Positions 49,190 through 63,950 are shown, numbered from the stretch's first letter. The stretch is 64,000 nt of DNA from Leptogorgia sarmentosa (GCA_964658305.1 OZ210885.1:21204001-21268000); one strand, 5' to 3'. A program made the numbers and translations. Notes: generated from the letters alone by a model not told the origin.

Positions 49190-52100
49190 GCAATGAATGC
49201 GAGATGGCATCCGTCGTCATAGTAAATAACTTCTATATGTAAAAAAATATTGTCTCAAATCTTTCGAACAACTTAACCCTATAGATTTCGCTACATTCTA
49301 CATGCATACATGCATGCATGCATGCAATTATCAAGGATTTCAATTAACACCTTCACCTGGCTTTATATTACCGGGTACAGAATTCAAGCGAGACAGAGTT
49401 TCGTTTTTGTCTAATACACAGCATATATATATATGAATTTTGCCAATGCTAACGATATTCTTGGTAAAAATTCGTGATTTCTAAGTGCGATCAGAAGCCT
49501 ATGTAAATATAATATGTAAATGTTTCTATAAAAACTTACCAACGGATGAAAGTTGGTTTCTTTGCAGAAGATGATGAAGATGCCCATACACTTGGCTTTT
49601 TGATTCGCAGTTAAACATTTCTTCGATGGATACAATAACTCCACATGGCCATTGGAAAACCAAACATCCTTTCAATATAAAAGTTAGATTTCAATTGGAA
49701 TTTTGAATATGACATGCATGCATTTATTAGTAACATTAACGCACATATCGACGTAAAAACAACTGATCAACTTTTTACCAGCTGTTTTCATATTCTTAGT
49801 TCCACAAGCTAAGACACGGGCAGTGGCATCAGACTCATTAACAGTGGCATCATCTTTTGAGGAAACGGCAAAACCATTGCTTTAAAAACATGTACAATTC
49901 ATGAATTAAATGCACATCACCATTCGGGACACTACAAAGTCGCGAATGACTTTTGGTTTCAAGATATGTTGCCTTTAATTGATAGCATTTTTGACCGATT
50001 GTGGCAAGTTCGCTTCCCGTAACCATGACACCTTCCCGTCGCACCATTGAACCTGTATGAAATTTTAAGATTTAAAATTAATACCTCTTTTGATTTGAAC
50101 GTAATTAACAAGAAGGCATTCAAGCATATACATTATAAAATATACAAGGTGTATCAAAAAATTAAATAAATTTCTTATTTTTAATTCAACAATCTTCAAA
50201 TCTGCAGGATTAGAGCTGTAGGTTAATTAAAATTTGAAATGATCTCCTTTACATATACCTTGTATATCAGTAAGCTACATATATCCCTTGTATAGCTAGT
50301 TTGAAGCTTCGCATGGTCAAGTTTCTTATATGACAAATTCGTGCATCACAAGTTACCATGATGGGAAAGGTTGTGAATAAATAAGATATACAGGAATCGT
50401 AAACTTTGGGAACAAATAATCCCATACTTATACACTCAATTTATAACATTTATTAATTAAATCTGGATCAAATGAGGATAAGAGTTGGGGATATCTAGTT
50501 GTCACACGATATTCGCTAAACTGGAGTCTAGTATTTTATTGAGGTTAACATAGTGAAAACACTTGTTACTAAACTTTCAGTGTAAAGCCTATGGTTGCCC
50601 ATACATGACTACCAGCCCGCAACTCCCATCCTCGTTTCACGCAGCCATGATTTTTTTATAATCATCTAGGGAAAATGTTCAAAAAAATCCATGCAAAATG
50701 AAACATGCATGCAGTCATTGAGAGTCTCGCATACAGGGACGCACGGGTAAACAACAATGTATGAAAAATTATGAGGATGTTTGAAGACTCAGAAAATTAC
50801 CATATCTTTCAAAGAGGCAGTGTTTACCTGGTAAAGTTTACCCTGTCTCGTGCTTTTGGTATTCATAATCTTTTGCATTGCCAAATATTCTTCGTTGGAA
50901 ACTGCATTATTGTTGGAAAATGAATATCTTCGCCTGTGTGAGTACTTTCATCTAGGTATGTGCGCGCAGTTCGTTTATGATCCACACAAACTTTACTCTG
51001 AAAAGCAGGTGTGTTTTGACAACCTAAAAAATGAGCAAACGTTATTATTATTATATTTTTACCCAGATAAAATAATATCTTCTAACTATAAACCATTAAA
51101 ACCATGATCAGTTGCGTGTTGAACGAGATATGCAAATGACTTATATATGCGGGATGCCTGCTATAGTTTTTTTGCAGTTTAACACTTGACATGCAGTTGA
51201 CTGAATTTCTCAAAACCATTCTTGCTATAACTGGAAAAACATATAAATTAATGAACAGAGACCTGGAAATATACGTATGCATGATAGCTATCAGTCATTT
51301 CACAGCTTATATAAACTTGCGCTTCAATAATCATTCTTACAACATTTTTTATTTAAGTTTAGGGACTTGTTGTGCGGACAAACAAACACATAAATGCATG
51401 CCTGTAATATGAAGGTGTATGTTTTAATATTTATACCCACCAACTACAACGTTTCCAATGCCTTCAAAGATGAGTTGACCAACATTTTTCACGCTGCAAA
51501 CTGTGCGAGCATTTTTCATGTTTCCATCGACTACTAATACAGTTCCACACCCGATTTTGTCGCATTTGTGACCTACATGGTGTGAAAAGAAATATACAAT
51601 TTTATTATTAACATTAAGGATTACTATATTTACAATGGAAGAGATATGTTAAGTGAAAAATTTTAGTAACTAAAAATGTTTTTAAAAAGTTTAGGGGGTC
51701 TAAAATGCTTTTAAAAAAAAAAGTTTTGGGTGCGTAATTAAATCAGCCGATGTCAAAATTCAAACTATAGTGTCCTAAACGACTCCAGCAGCCATGGTGT
51801 GAAAATATTAGGCATGTATTTAAACCCATAATATTCCACGAAACCAACAATAAAGATGACGATAATTTTAAAAGAATGTGGAATAGTCAAGGAAATAATC
51901 GGTCAGGTCATTATTGCCTTTTGTGCATCGCAAATCCAGAAAGTCAAACTTGCATACTAACCTGACCATGTTGCTTCAAATTTCTCTTTAAATTTGTCAA
52001 CGACACTGCGCATTAATTCATTTCGATTATGACTGACATGATGAAGATCCAGGTCATACTTAAAATGTGTTTTTCAAAGCAAGAATGCTTCCTCCAAACG

Positions 52101-53091
52101 ACGTCTATCCAAGCACATTCGGCTTTGCAATTTGCTCTTCATATCCATACTTCCACTGAATTTCCTATTTGAAGAAATTGAAATGCATCAAGGACATTTT
52201 ATGGTCGGGAAAAGCTGATCAATTAAAGTCAATACACATGCAATACACGTTTCCTATAATTATGGACAATGTATTAGAAAAATCGGGGATCACTGCATAT
52301 TCAGTGATCGTATTTATAAAACCTCACAAAAACTGGCAAACCAAACTAGATTACTAGAACATAATGCATGTACTTTAAGAAGTACCTCTTCTTGGTAACT
52401 TGACTGTTTGCATCCTCGCCATTTTGTGAATAACCATGAACAGTATTGTAGACCTTCGACTTTAATAGAAACGGTACTGCTCCTTGAGTCACATCCTCAT
52501 TCAGGTATTTAAGCAGCATCATATCTATTGCAGTTTCATCTGTGCTCATGAGAAACTCCTCGCTCAAGCAATCTGGTTCAAACATTCTTTGGCCGTTTTC
52601 AGTAAAGAAACCGTAATGTTCATAAATTTTGCATTTACAACGTATCTTCGTAAAACGACAACCAAGATAGGTTCCACGAATTAAGTGATACACAACAATT
52701 GGTTTCCAATTCTCGTCTACTTGCAGGGGCTTTCACACTTTCTGCATTTTTTTTTTTTGGACACTAAAACTGTTGCTACAGGCACACCGATCTCCAAAGA
52801 GAAGTCATGAAATTGTTTGAAAAAATTATTTGATGCTTCAGTGAAGCTTGATATCTCAGGGAATAAGTGGAACAGATTATCAACAGACGCACAGAAATTT
52901 TCACATAGTCCCTCTTCCATCTCACTAGGTTTAGATTCCACGCTACATTCGCGACTACCAGGGGTCTCGCCACACACATAGTTGTAGACAGTTCTCACAA
53001 TGCTCGTTACGTATAGTACCGGTGTCCCAATTACACTTAGGACATAAAACAAACGGAACATTTTCAGAGGATTCTCAAAGAAGGAATTCAT
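49190..53091 (-). pseudogene. Intron-containing CxC5/CxC6 KDZ-type (Kyakuja-Dileera-Zisupton-related) transposase, decayed and 3'-truncated
   Basis: CRKC...VYHLIRGTYLGCRFTK..CKCKIYEHYGF (CxC5-like); HKCDKIGCGTVLVVDGNMKNARTVC and GCQNTP (CxC6-like); WPCGVIVSIEEMFNCESKSQVYGHL; YYDDGCHL near 49210. Confidence 0.72.
50143..50265. mobile_element. Small mariner-type MITE inside an intron
   Basis: TACAAGGTGTAT ... ATATACCTTGTA imperfect TIRs with TA ends. Confidence 0.5.
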
Positions 53092-54778
53092 TTTATATTT
53101 TTACCGATATACTAAATTGTTTATTTAGTGCGTTAAAATCCCTATTTATAATATTCACATGCATGCACGAGTCGCCTTTTTTCATGAGCTCTGTTTTCAA
53201 TGTTTCAACACGTTGCATTACATCACAATGATGCACGAAAATTTGTCACATCCGCCAGGAGATGACACACGCAAGACGTTTTATGTGGCACGAGACAAAT
53301 TAGAGTTTGCCGCAAAATGCTGCATGTAAAATGCGAGCTAGCTTGCGAACTTTGCAAATTATGTATTCCTCGTTTCGTTTCACGAGCAGAAATTTGGCAA
53401 ATAAAGTGCAAATCTCTATACTCGATCGTAATACGAAAATAGACAAACTTTGCCGATTTCTCACAGCTATATTTTCCACATTTTGCAACAATTCGCGATA
53501 AAATTCCAACAAGCACTTTGATGGAATTATAAGTAAGAGATTTTAGTTGTGAGCTGGAATTGTCTATTTGTTAATCTAACATTGCATGCAAATTTTTAAA
53601 TATATTTAACTAACATACAGTTAACTAACAAATTACAAAATTTGGTTGTACAAATGAAACAAAACGCACATCTAATTTTGCGATAACATGCAAATCAATA
53701 AATCTGCACTGACTATAACGTCTCATTCAAATAAGGTTTATTTTACCGAGTTGGATTTGAGTTCTAGGTATATACATAGTGAAGGCTAATGATGCATGAA
53801 GTTCAACAAAGAATATTGCGTAGCTCTAATTTGAGTTATCACGCACAATGTTTCTAATTTGTTACCTTTACATCCTTACTTATTAGCTATACTTGAACCT
53901 AGATAACTACATATATCTAATTCAAACAAAGTTGTCCAAAGTCTGAACTTTAACCTTCAACATCAACATCAAACTCAAAGCGTGGAAAACGTAATGAGAG
54001 AAGGGCAACAAGTTTCCAACTTTGTCGTTGAATATTTCCATTATATTTTTGAATATCACTATTATGCTCGGAGGGAGGTATTTCATGTCTCTTTAAAAAA
54101 TGTTCTCCGCTAAATATGTATGACACCTAAACGTTTAGAGTTGAAAGTTTAGGGTTTAGAGCTTATAGGTGGTAAAGGACAACCTTTATTGAACATAACA
54201 ATATAACTTAACTTGAGAGATCCCAAGTCACTTCTTCTTCTTTTCACTTCTTTATAAATATTTTGAAAACTATGTATTTTCATGCTGCGAGCGAAACACG
54301 CAAGTGCATACAATGTGTGTCTGGGGGACCTTTAGTCACGTAATCATGCGAATTATTCATTTTTTGGAAAAGGATAAGAAAATACACATAAAAAATTATT
54401 TCATTTTCATTTCATTCAGTGTTTTGACATCTTATTCGTAATCGTCAGTCATAATAATTATGCTTCAGTGCAGACATGGAGTAGATCAGTGCATGGAAGT
54501 GTTGACAATTGATATCAGAATCTTTGCAAATTTGGCCACATGCAATCGTTGAGATTGAACACGCTATATTTCATCTTTATAATACGACCTTTATAGTGGT
54601 CACGAAATCAATTTAGGTAAAAAGATGGTAAATAAATAAGCCGTTATGATTTACACAATGGTCCTTGCTGTTTTCCCTGTCATTATATGGGATCGGGGAA
54701 ACAATTGAGTTTAGTGTTGCGACAAAGTTCATCGCAAAAACATTGAAAGTCAAAACTGAGCAAAAGAATACGGAAAAA

Positions 54779-57700
54779 ATGGCTGTATGTAATAAAGCAT
54801 TGAATGTAGAGAGGAATTTAGATGCTTGTTATGAAATCGATGTCAACTGGGATTTGTTTCCAAAAAGATTGGAAAAGGTAACAAATTGTTTACATATATA
54901 GGTTGTAAAAGATCCGATTTGAAGATTGTTAGAAAGAAATCCAGAGAACTATAAATTTAACCTCTGTCATTAGGTCAATATAAAGTTCATGAAAGACCTA
55001 CCAGTAACAGCTAGAGTATTGCATAATTATTAGTGCTTTTAAAAGCTATATACAAATAGTATGTTTTAGTTTAGTGTTTGTTGTATAGAAGCATATATTA
55101 TGTTATATATTCTATTATACACACACATAACGCTTTAATTGTCTGACTTTTCAGGTATGTGAGTTGTGGGGCAAGACTATGAAACAGCAAAAGACTACGG
55201 TTTTAATTGGTCTTCTGTCGCTCGTTTCTTTTTGTCTTTCCCACTCTTCTGTTGAAGTAAAGCCGGCTTGGAACGAGCCTTTAGTGATCTGGACAGCAGT
55301 GGTGCTCAAAACAGGTTTGTTACATTTATTGTGTTTATAGTATTATCGGAGGAAAATGTACATATTTAAACTATTATAATATAATGGCAAGGGTATACAC
55401 CTTATACTTTTCATATCACGCAATTTAAGTCAATCATTTCGGACAACTTTTCATTTCTATACTTGTACTCAGCTAGTATTCTATTGATCTTAATATATAA
55501 CGAGTAGCTAAACAATTATTATTATTAGGAAACTTCATATATTATTATTAGGACTCTTTATATATATTTATAGTCAATAAAATTAATTCCGATTAGCTGG
55601 AAATAAACACGACTCATTTATTGCGATTAATAAAATATCAATTAAGTGAGCAAATTATATTTTGTCTGCACAGCACAGCAAGAGTGTCGCAAACCATATA
55701 TAATGTACTACATGCTTGCATACTGATTAATTATGACTTTAATTTTTTTGCTATGTTTGAATTATAATCACTTTCAGGATATCATAAATTATGATTTAAA
55801 ACAATTTAATACATTAAATTAGGATTTAAAATAAAAATCGGTTAGTTTGGAATTCCGAAATACACCATAGTGCTCACAAAGAGCGAAACATATCATCAAG
55901 TTATCTCAACCATTACGATCAAAACCAGTTATATAATAAACGTGATAGCTACGCATCACTGCTTATATGTGTGTTATCCTTTAATGCAATTTTTCCTATA
56001 CAATTGGTGAATACAAATGCAACATATTGAAAAGAACAAAGGAAAAACAGATATGGCATGAGTGCCTGTTGTGTATATCACAAAACGCAGGTTGTCACAG
56101 TACGACATCATAGAAATACACAAATATCAATCACCTCACTTGAAACATATATGTATCTATATATTAATATATAATTTTTGTTCACTGTACAAAATGCACG
56201 CACGTGATTGGTAAAAATCGATCACATGTGTTTTTGTTACCTGGCAACAATGAATTCTGCCAGTGCGTTATTGACAATAACGCATAAAAAACGTGCATTA
56301 CTGAAAATGGCTGCCACCGGCGAGGCTGCCAGTTCATGTTCAAGGTTTGCTTGAGTCGATGAGGAAGAAATTGTCAAGATTATAGAGGATGCAATACCAA
56401 ATAAATGTTGTTTTCAACTGAAATCGATTTATTTTGTTTTATTTTATTTTATTTTGTTGGCAAAGAACCCGCAAGCAGTGCGTGCAAGCAGTGCGTGCGA
56501 CCAAAAAATTAGTCATTCAACGGGCCGTTTCATTCGCATAGGTCAAATACCTAGTATGTACATTGTACAAGCTGAAATGGATTTTCCACGTTTGCTTGAT
56601 TCAAACTCTTTTCTTTTTGGGTGATTGCACAAGGTTAACCCAGTAGTGACCTTCTTTGGGCAATAATATTAAGGGGCCTTTGGGAATTAGGTTGCGAGTT
56701 TTGGATTGTAATTGTTAATTATTGCATAACTAAATAAATTATTATAGCATTTTACATTGAAACATTTGTATAATTGTGTTCATATAGTATACTATTTCTC
56801 ATTGCTCGACTTCATGCTCAGTTTATTTAAGGTATGGCAATGTTGATCAGCGCCCCACGCCAAGCTTACCAACAAATTCCTGTGAGTGGAACAACCTGCA
56901 CTTTACAATCAATCTGCATGTCACATTTCATGGGTACCTTTGGGTTAAATTGCCAGCTAAGTTGTTTTTGGGAGACCATGTGCGTGTTTCGATCAAGTTC
57001 CCAGAACGATATCAAGACATCATTAGTAATTTCCCATGGCCATGCATGTCCATGCAATTTAAAACAAAAAAATATATATAAGTTCTTAGTAGCTTTCAAA
57101 TGGGAATGATTTACAGCCACTTTCATATTATAGCTCAACATTAAAAATTAAGAAAAGTATAGATTCTAGCATAGATTCCAAAGGAAAGTATAGATTGAAG
57201 AAGCTATTAATTAGTGAAACGAATTCAAACGAAACTATCTGCATGCATATATGATTAATTGAGACAGACATGATGACAGATGGAAACATCACACAGAATA
57301 GGGTGATATAGATCGACTTATTCATACCCTGATTTTATGGGGGGAAATGAATAAGTAAAGTACAGATGAAACAAAAAACGAATTTTCAGTATTCACGATA
57401 TGTCTTTCACAGGTTTCATGAATTGCAAATCACATTTACTAGCAAAAAAGGCGAAAGTGATGACGAGTTGGGCATCTCCCTTGCGCACTATGTCGTGGAA
57501 GTTCCTGAGGAAGACATAAAGGTCATAAGAACAATACTTTTGACTAGCGGGAAAATCGTTTCTTTAAGTCTTCTTCTTGTCAAAGCAAAAATAAAGAAAA
57601 GAAATACAGAACCCGCAGCTGCAGTTGGAAAACGCATTCTAACGTATCTGGTGGAGAAGCGTCTCGGAGAAAAACGGCAATAATACATTAAGCGAAATAA

Positions 57701-58599
57701 ATCCAATGTAAGTATATAATATGCCTATAATTCTGATGTTTATTTATATCAGTAGCTATATAGAGATTTTCGTGCAACAGCCTGTTTAATTCATCCAAGA
57801 GGAATCGTCTGGTGGCTGAAAACAAAAATTAAAAAAAAATGATGATTCCTTTTGACTGTAGTGACACCTTTTTCGGGTAAAACTATAGTATTTGCTCTAT
57901 CTATGTGGTATCCAGAACTCTATTGGCATTTCGTTAATCGAAACGTTATCACACATATGTATATATTAAAAATATGCTGTTTTCTTAATAGCGTAAACCG
58001 AGTTGAGTCGTGTTATAACATAATGATTTTTTATTTGAAAACAAACCGCTTATATAGCAGTCATCGACATTTTTCCTCCATGTATACATTTTTAATTTCA
58101 TTTTCTCTCATTTCAAGGTGCAGTTCCTTCTGAAATCACCAGTGCCTTCAGATGTAAACATGAAGATGAGCTTTGCAGAAACACTAGCAAAACATGGAAT
58201 CTCATTACAAGACTACCAGACATCCTTAGAACTTGAAAATAAAGAAAGGTGATCAAAGCATGTTTTTACCTATTAAAATATATTTTAACAATATATATAA
58301 TAAAGTTTTTTAATATTTGTTTCATGCATGCAAGATTCTAGCCAGGTCAAAAAAAGGCGAGAAAAGGGTTTAATTAGAGTGAGATCTCACTGAAACCAAC
58401 ACATCTGTCATTTCCCATGTCAGCTCTCATCATGACAAAAATTTATCTATTTAGTGAGGAGCATTTACAACAATGGGAAAAAAGAAAATCGTCATGCGAG
58501 AACACCCTAACCGATATAGCAAGCCCGCCCAAAAGACAACAAGATCAGGAAGACGAAGGAAATATTGAGGTTGTGGATTCAAGTAATATAGGAAAATGA
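54779..58599 (+). pseudogene. Fragmented multi-exon gene; exon 2 resembles the N-terminus of DUF3987 (YfjI-like P-loop) proteins
   Basis: GT-AG bounded pieces at about 54779-54877, 55156-55314 (LSHSSVEVKPAWNEPLVIWTAVVLKT|G), 57412-57707, 58118-58248 and 58455-58599. Middle exons, including the rest of the P-loop, were not found. Confidence 0.4.
56165..56825 (+). mobile_element. Internally deleted Crypton-like element
   Basis: GTGATTGG leader, then MAATGEAASSCSRFA*VDEEEIVKIIEDAIPN, resembling animal Crypton N-termini; no recombinase domain remains. Confidence 0.4.
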
Positions 58600-59423
58600 A
58601 CTATTCAGTATATCAATTTTTTAATGTAAATGGGCATGCATATTACACTGAAAACTATTAATATCAGTCAGTTATAATCTTTCACATTTATAAATAGAGG
58701 AATGTCTAATTTTAGTTCATTTTACTTTATTCTCACATTTAGGGAACAAATTTATAAAGCGTTGTGGAAAGCATACTCATTCCATGTTGTGTCAATAAGG
58801 TCAATTTCATATGCTGAATTTTGGTCACTTCGAGCATCAAACAACAGATCATGAGATGACTATAACTTCATTATCTATTGTTTGAATTGCATTCGATGCG
58901 ACCAAAATTCGACGTATGAACCTCAACAAAGCTAAATCAGTGATATGACTATTGCAATGAAACAATCCCTTACTATACAAGCCGTTACATTTGTTTCGTT
59001 GCACTGCAACAGAGATTTTTAAAAGAAATTTCTCCTATAATATTGTTATTTGACATAATAGTATTACACAATTAGCAACAAATTTGAACAACCGTTCAAG
59101 TTTTTATCTTAATAAGCATGTAAGTAAACTAAACAATCAATGTGTAATAAGACCTCTAGTATTACTTTGAACTTGTACATATCCATCTATTCGTACGAAT
59201 GGCACGAATCCACAAAGCCATTCCCTGGCATTGAGGTTACACGCTACTTTATATCACAGACAACTCATAGACCAATATTATCGTGTTAACTTAAAGACTC
59301 TTCATCAATTTGAGACAAATACGATTCGTGTTGTTATCGTATTGCTACAAAGCTTACCAATCAAACGAATCGGACGAGTCCTGATCCTATTCACGAATCG
59401 TATAAAGTCGAGGGTATTGGACA

Positions 59424-60425
59424 TTAATCGAAATTAAAATCCATATTATTGACGACCAGTGTCATAATGATGTACGAAAGATGTCATCTGAAGCCCAGAC
59501 AAGCTCTTTGGAAGGCTTTCGTGCTACAGTAAATTTCTGGCACCCAAAGATGTTGAGTTTCTCTTGGATGGGTACATACTGCAGGTAATGAACCATGAAG
59601 ATACTGCACCATCTCAATAACGTAGATACATTACAGGTTGTGTACTTAGCAGTTAGCAGACTTATACAAAACTTTTGAGTTGAGATGGTATAATAATTTA
59701 TCATTTCTAGATATATCATGGCATGCCTCCACTTTAATGAAAATGTCTGCAGGAAAACCAAAGAGACAAAGCAGGGAAATCCTTACATTAAAGTGACATT
59801 TCCAAAGTACAAACTTGGTGATGAATTTGTCCGTGAGATTGCTGTTGCCCCCACATATGGTAAACATGCACTTTTCATGAAATGAAACATCTCATATATT
59901 CACATATATATTCATATACAATTGGAAAGGATTAGTTTGATTTTGTATAAACTTTATACTTTCTTCCTAGGTTATGTTCAAGATTTGAAAAATTTACTTT
60001 TTATCATGCAATTGAAGGATATGAAAAAAGTTTTCCAGGAATATAGGAAGAAGGTTCCTGAGCCACTAGCTGCACAGTTTGAAAATCAACTCGGAAGGGA
60101 AGACACAATCAAAAGGCAAGCAGGCAGGAGAAAAGTGCACACTAAATTGTTCCCGGAAGGTACTACAAATAGTTACTTTTCTGCAAACAGTGTTTTCTAT
60201 AGTATTCGTGTGAATATTTATGACAGTCATTAAAACAGTTGTATATGGTATTTACTAGTTGCAGAACAAGAAAAGCTATTGGCAACTCAAACAGAGCTAC
60301 AGGCTGCAAAACATAAGAGGAGAGCGCCAACTTGCAAGACATGCGGGCGACCAAGAAAGGGGCACAAAAAGGCTGCAGAATGCAAACAACTGCGTAACAA
60401 TCAATATAGAATATTATGTAAATAA
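59424..60425 (+). pseudogene. Kolobok transposase, last four exons (family 2)
   Basis: QTSSLEGFRATVNFWHPKMLSFSWMGTYCR / YIMACLHFNEN...FPKYKLG..VRE...PTYG / YVQDLK...VPEPL / APTCKTCGRPRKGH, with GT-AG introns. Confidence 0.78.
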
Positions 60426-60549
60426 GGCTAATAAGACATCTATTTTAATGAACTTTAACGAATTACTATATTACAACCAGAATTTTAATAAATATACAAA
60501 ATCACTGATTATTTTGTCTTTGTCTAGAACCCTTATACCCAGATACATC

Positions 60550-63395
60550 TAGAGATGAGCCGATTAATCGGTTTGGACGACTAATCGGCCGATAATCGGC
60601 TTCTTTTTAATAATCGGAAATCGGCCGATTATAAACGAATAATCGGCTTTCTGCCGATTATTTAGAAATTTTATATTTCATATGAAAAAATCGGTAACGT
60701 GTTTTGTTTTGTTGCTTTTCTATTGTGCGCGACTGTTTTTATTACAACACAATATGCAGCGTGTTAAATAGGCGTTAAACAGCAGTGGGCGGCTAGAGGT
60801 GACATGTGATTTTCAAGCGGAAAGTTGCCGGAAGTAAACTTGAGTACTTGACATTTGACAATAATCATTGACAAAAATAGATCTAGTAATGCATTTGTGA
60901 CAATACTAAAGGCGCCATGAAATGGGTGTGTGCATTGTGCCGCGATAGCTGGGTTAATTCGTAAGGTTGATAAATTGAGAGAAATCAAATAATCGAATAA
61001 AGCATATTTATTTTAAAATTTATTGTTTGTAAGCTTTGTAATATTAGCTACAAACCTGTCACTATAAACACCTTTTGCATCTGAACTATTTAAATGTAAT
61101 ACAAGCACTACCACAGTGCCATTGGCAATACGTTTTTGGAATCTTCAGCATTTTGGCCTTTCAAGACTTTGTTTAGTATGGCAAAAAAAAGCAGTATTTG
61201 GGATTTCTTTAAAGTTCTCGAGAATGATGTATCGAAAGCGCAGTGCCTTTTATGCACTCAGTCTAAAGTTGTTGTGTCTAGAGGTGGAACTAAATCAAAT
61301 GAATTCACCACTACCAATCTCTGAAACCATATTCGAAGCAAACATCCATTGGATTTTCCAGCACTTTCTGCCAAGGATGAAGAAAAAGAGCAGAAAAGAG
61401 CACACGAAGTTGCTGCACACCATGGTGAGACATCTGGAACTGCGAGAAAAGCACTGAAAAACCAAATGTCCATTCAGACAAGTTTTGACAGAGCTCGTGT
61501 CTGGGACATTAACAGTAGGCCAGCGGAAAAAATCACCCAGTTGATCGGCGAGATGATGGCGCTTGACAACCAGCCTTTTCTGATGGTAGAAGACTTGGGA
61601 TTCCAGAGGCTAATGAAACACTTGGCTCCCTGTTATTCACTGCCAAGTCGGTTTCATTTTAGTGACACAGTCATACCAAATCTCTTCAAAAGAGCGAAAA
61701 AAGCGATAGCTGATAAGCTGAATGTTGATGAAAGCAATCAAAGTATTTCATTCACAACCGATATATGGACTTGCCAACACACAAACCATTCCTATATCAG
61801 TCTTTCAGCTCACTGGGTATCAGATGCAGTCCCTTCGATGCAATCGTTTGTGTTGCACTCAAGCCTCTTTCCTGGAAGCCACACTGGCCCTGCCATCGCT
61901 AGCAAAATAGAGGCCATGCTTGAGGAGTGGAAAATACCATTAACAAAGTGCCATATGGTAATCACTGACAATGGTGCCAACATGGTCAATGGAATCGATA
62001 TATCGATTCCATTGATGGAGTTGATATATCAAGGGGTCCCTGCTTTCTTCATACGTTACAACTTGCTATCCAGGATGGAATCATGTCACAGTGGAGTGTT
62101 TCTGACATGATTGCAAGAAGTAAGCGAGTTGTTACGCATTTCAACCATTGGGCATTGGCTTGTGATCGACTTACGAAAATGCAAGAAGATTTGAACTTAC
62201 CTAAGAAGAAACTAATACAAGATGTTCCTACCCGATGGAATTCCACTTTTTATCTCCTTCAGAGATTGCTAGAGATGAAAAATGCCATTGTGTTATATGC
62301 TACTGATTACAAACTCCAAGTACCCACAGCCAATGAATGGAAACTGATGGAAAACGTCATTCGTTCAGCCTTTTGAAGAATACACTAAGCTCCTGAGCTC
62401 GAACAAAGCTCCCGTCTCAGTTGTTATTCCAGCAGTTGCGGTCCTACAGCATTATCTAAACAAAGATGATAGCGAAAAATCTGCTGGCGTTCGCACCATG
62501 AAGCAAGAATTTCACAATGCTGTTAAATCTCGTTTTGAGAATGTGATCACAAATCAAAACTATGTTGTGGCAACTACTGTCGATCCTCCTTTCAAGACAC
62601 CCTTTACTGCAGAAAAAGGGCGCAAGTTACTTCTACAAGAATTTAGAAAATTTTCGAGGCCTGTTGAAGAAATCACCGAAGATAAGAAGAGCGTACCGAT
62701 TCTACTAAAAAATCAGCATCTACAAAGGACCGAGTTGATCTTTGGGATTGGTCGCTTCCTCAACAACTCCTGCAACTCAAACGTCATCTGATAATCCCGA
62801 GGAGAAAGAAGTTAGTGATTTTTTGGCCATGCCACTTGTTGATAAAGAAGTATGTACATTGAAGTGGTGGGTTGAGCAGAAATAAGCCTTTCCAAATGTT
62901 TATCAAGTTGCCAAGAAATTTCTTAGTGCACCCTGCTCAAGTGTTTATTTGGAACGCATCTTTAGTGAAGCTGGTAACATATTGAATGAAAAAAGGAGTC
63001 GCCTCAACCCGTCAAAGTCAGAAAGCCTTCTGTTCCTTCACCATAACTTACCTAAACTACACTTTGATTACTAGAATCTTATAATACATTTCCTAATAAG
63101 TAACGACATTTGGTTTTTTAATTTCTATTGAAGATACTCATCAATTATTCAATTCCGTTTTGTTGTATATGAATTTTATGAATAGATAGTTTGTAAATGG
63201 TAAGCTTCGTAAATTTAAAAGTTGAGATGATCTTACACAGAGATATTTATTATCAATATTTTAGCGATATTTTGAACATGCTGGATGCCATTTGGCGACA
63301 CGGCAGGATCTTTAGTGTTTGATTAGAACAGGGTGTAAACATTAGCACAACATTGTCATTGAGCAATTATATATGCGAAAATAATCGGCTTGGGC
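60550..63395 (+). mobile_element. hAT (Ac/ZBED-type) transposon with decayed transposase (61178-63073); right TIR lost
   Basis: Left end TAGAGATGAGCCGATTAATCGG with AATCGG repeats; BED finger (IWDFF..CLLC..H), TTDIWT, TDNGANM, DVPTRWNST and WW..LSAPCSSVYLERIFS; several stops and frameshifts. Confidence 0.92.
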
Positions 63396-63884
63396 CGACG
63401 CAGCGTGCATCATAGAACATTGGGACTATGCACCCATGATTAATGCAGCCGTCCTGAAAAATGTCGGACCATTGCTGAAAACGAGGAAAGGGACGAGATA
63501 CAATAATTAACTAATAATTCGCCTTTTGCGTGTCTAATTGCCAAATTTGCATATGCAAATGAGATACAAGAATAAATTAAGCATGCAAAAAGCTAATTAT
63601 TCCAAAAAATGAAAGTTTGTGCGGCGTTTTGAAGGGCTTAATCTCAAGCATTTTTTCTGAAATTTTTAACAGAAATACAAAACCTGACAAAGTTTCCGTC
63701 CATCAACTAAAAATTGCTTTTGAGCCTTTAAATTTCGTGTGCAAGACATTTTCTATCTGTTGGAAAAAAACACTCCCCCCGGGTTTGTTTTCGTTTATTC
63801 TACATTATAAGTACTCAACCAATCCACATAAACCGAAAACTTTGTACCCCGAGCCCCTTTGCGAAGTTGAGAGCGATTTAAAAT

Positions 63885-63950
63885 CTGTTCACTTTTTTTT
63901 ATACACCCTGTATATGTACAGGGTGTATAAAAAAAAAACGCAATCCAAGT
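63885..63950. mobile_element. Two abutting Tc1/mariner-type termini, back to back
   Basis: TTTTTTATACACCCTG-TATATGTA-CAGGGTGTATAAAAAA. Confidence 0.6.

Larger units (their letters stand above)
44719..49190 (+). mobile_element. Ginger1 DNA transposon, right end lost
   Basis: Begins TGTAGTGGTCTGAG immediately after CCGT; carries an intron-containing Gypsy-like integrase gene with no RT, gag or LTR. Confidence 0.85.

Noticed and set aside
39865..59423. Single 19.5-kb composite transposon bounded by TGTCCAATACC termini
   Set aside because: No matching TSD, and the termini differ substantially after ~35 bp.
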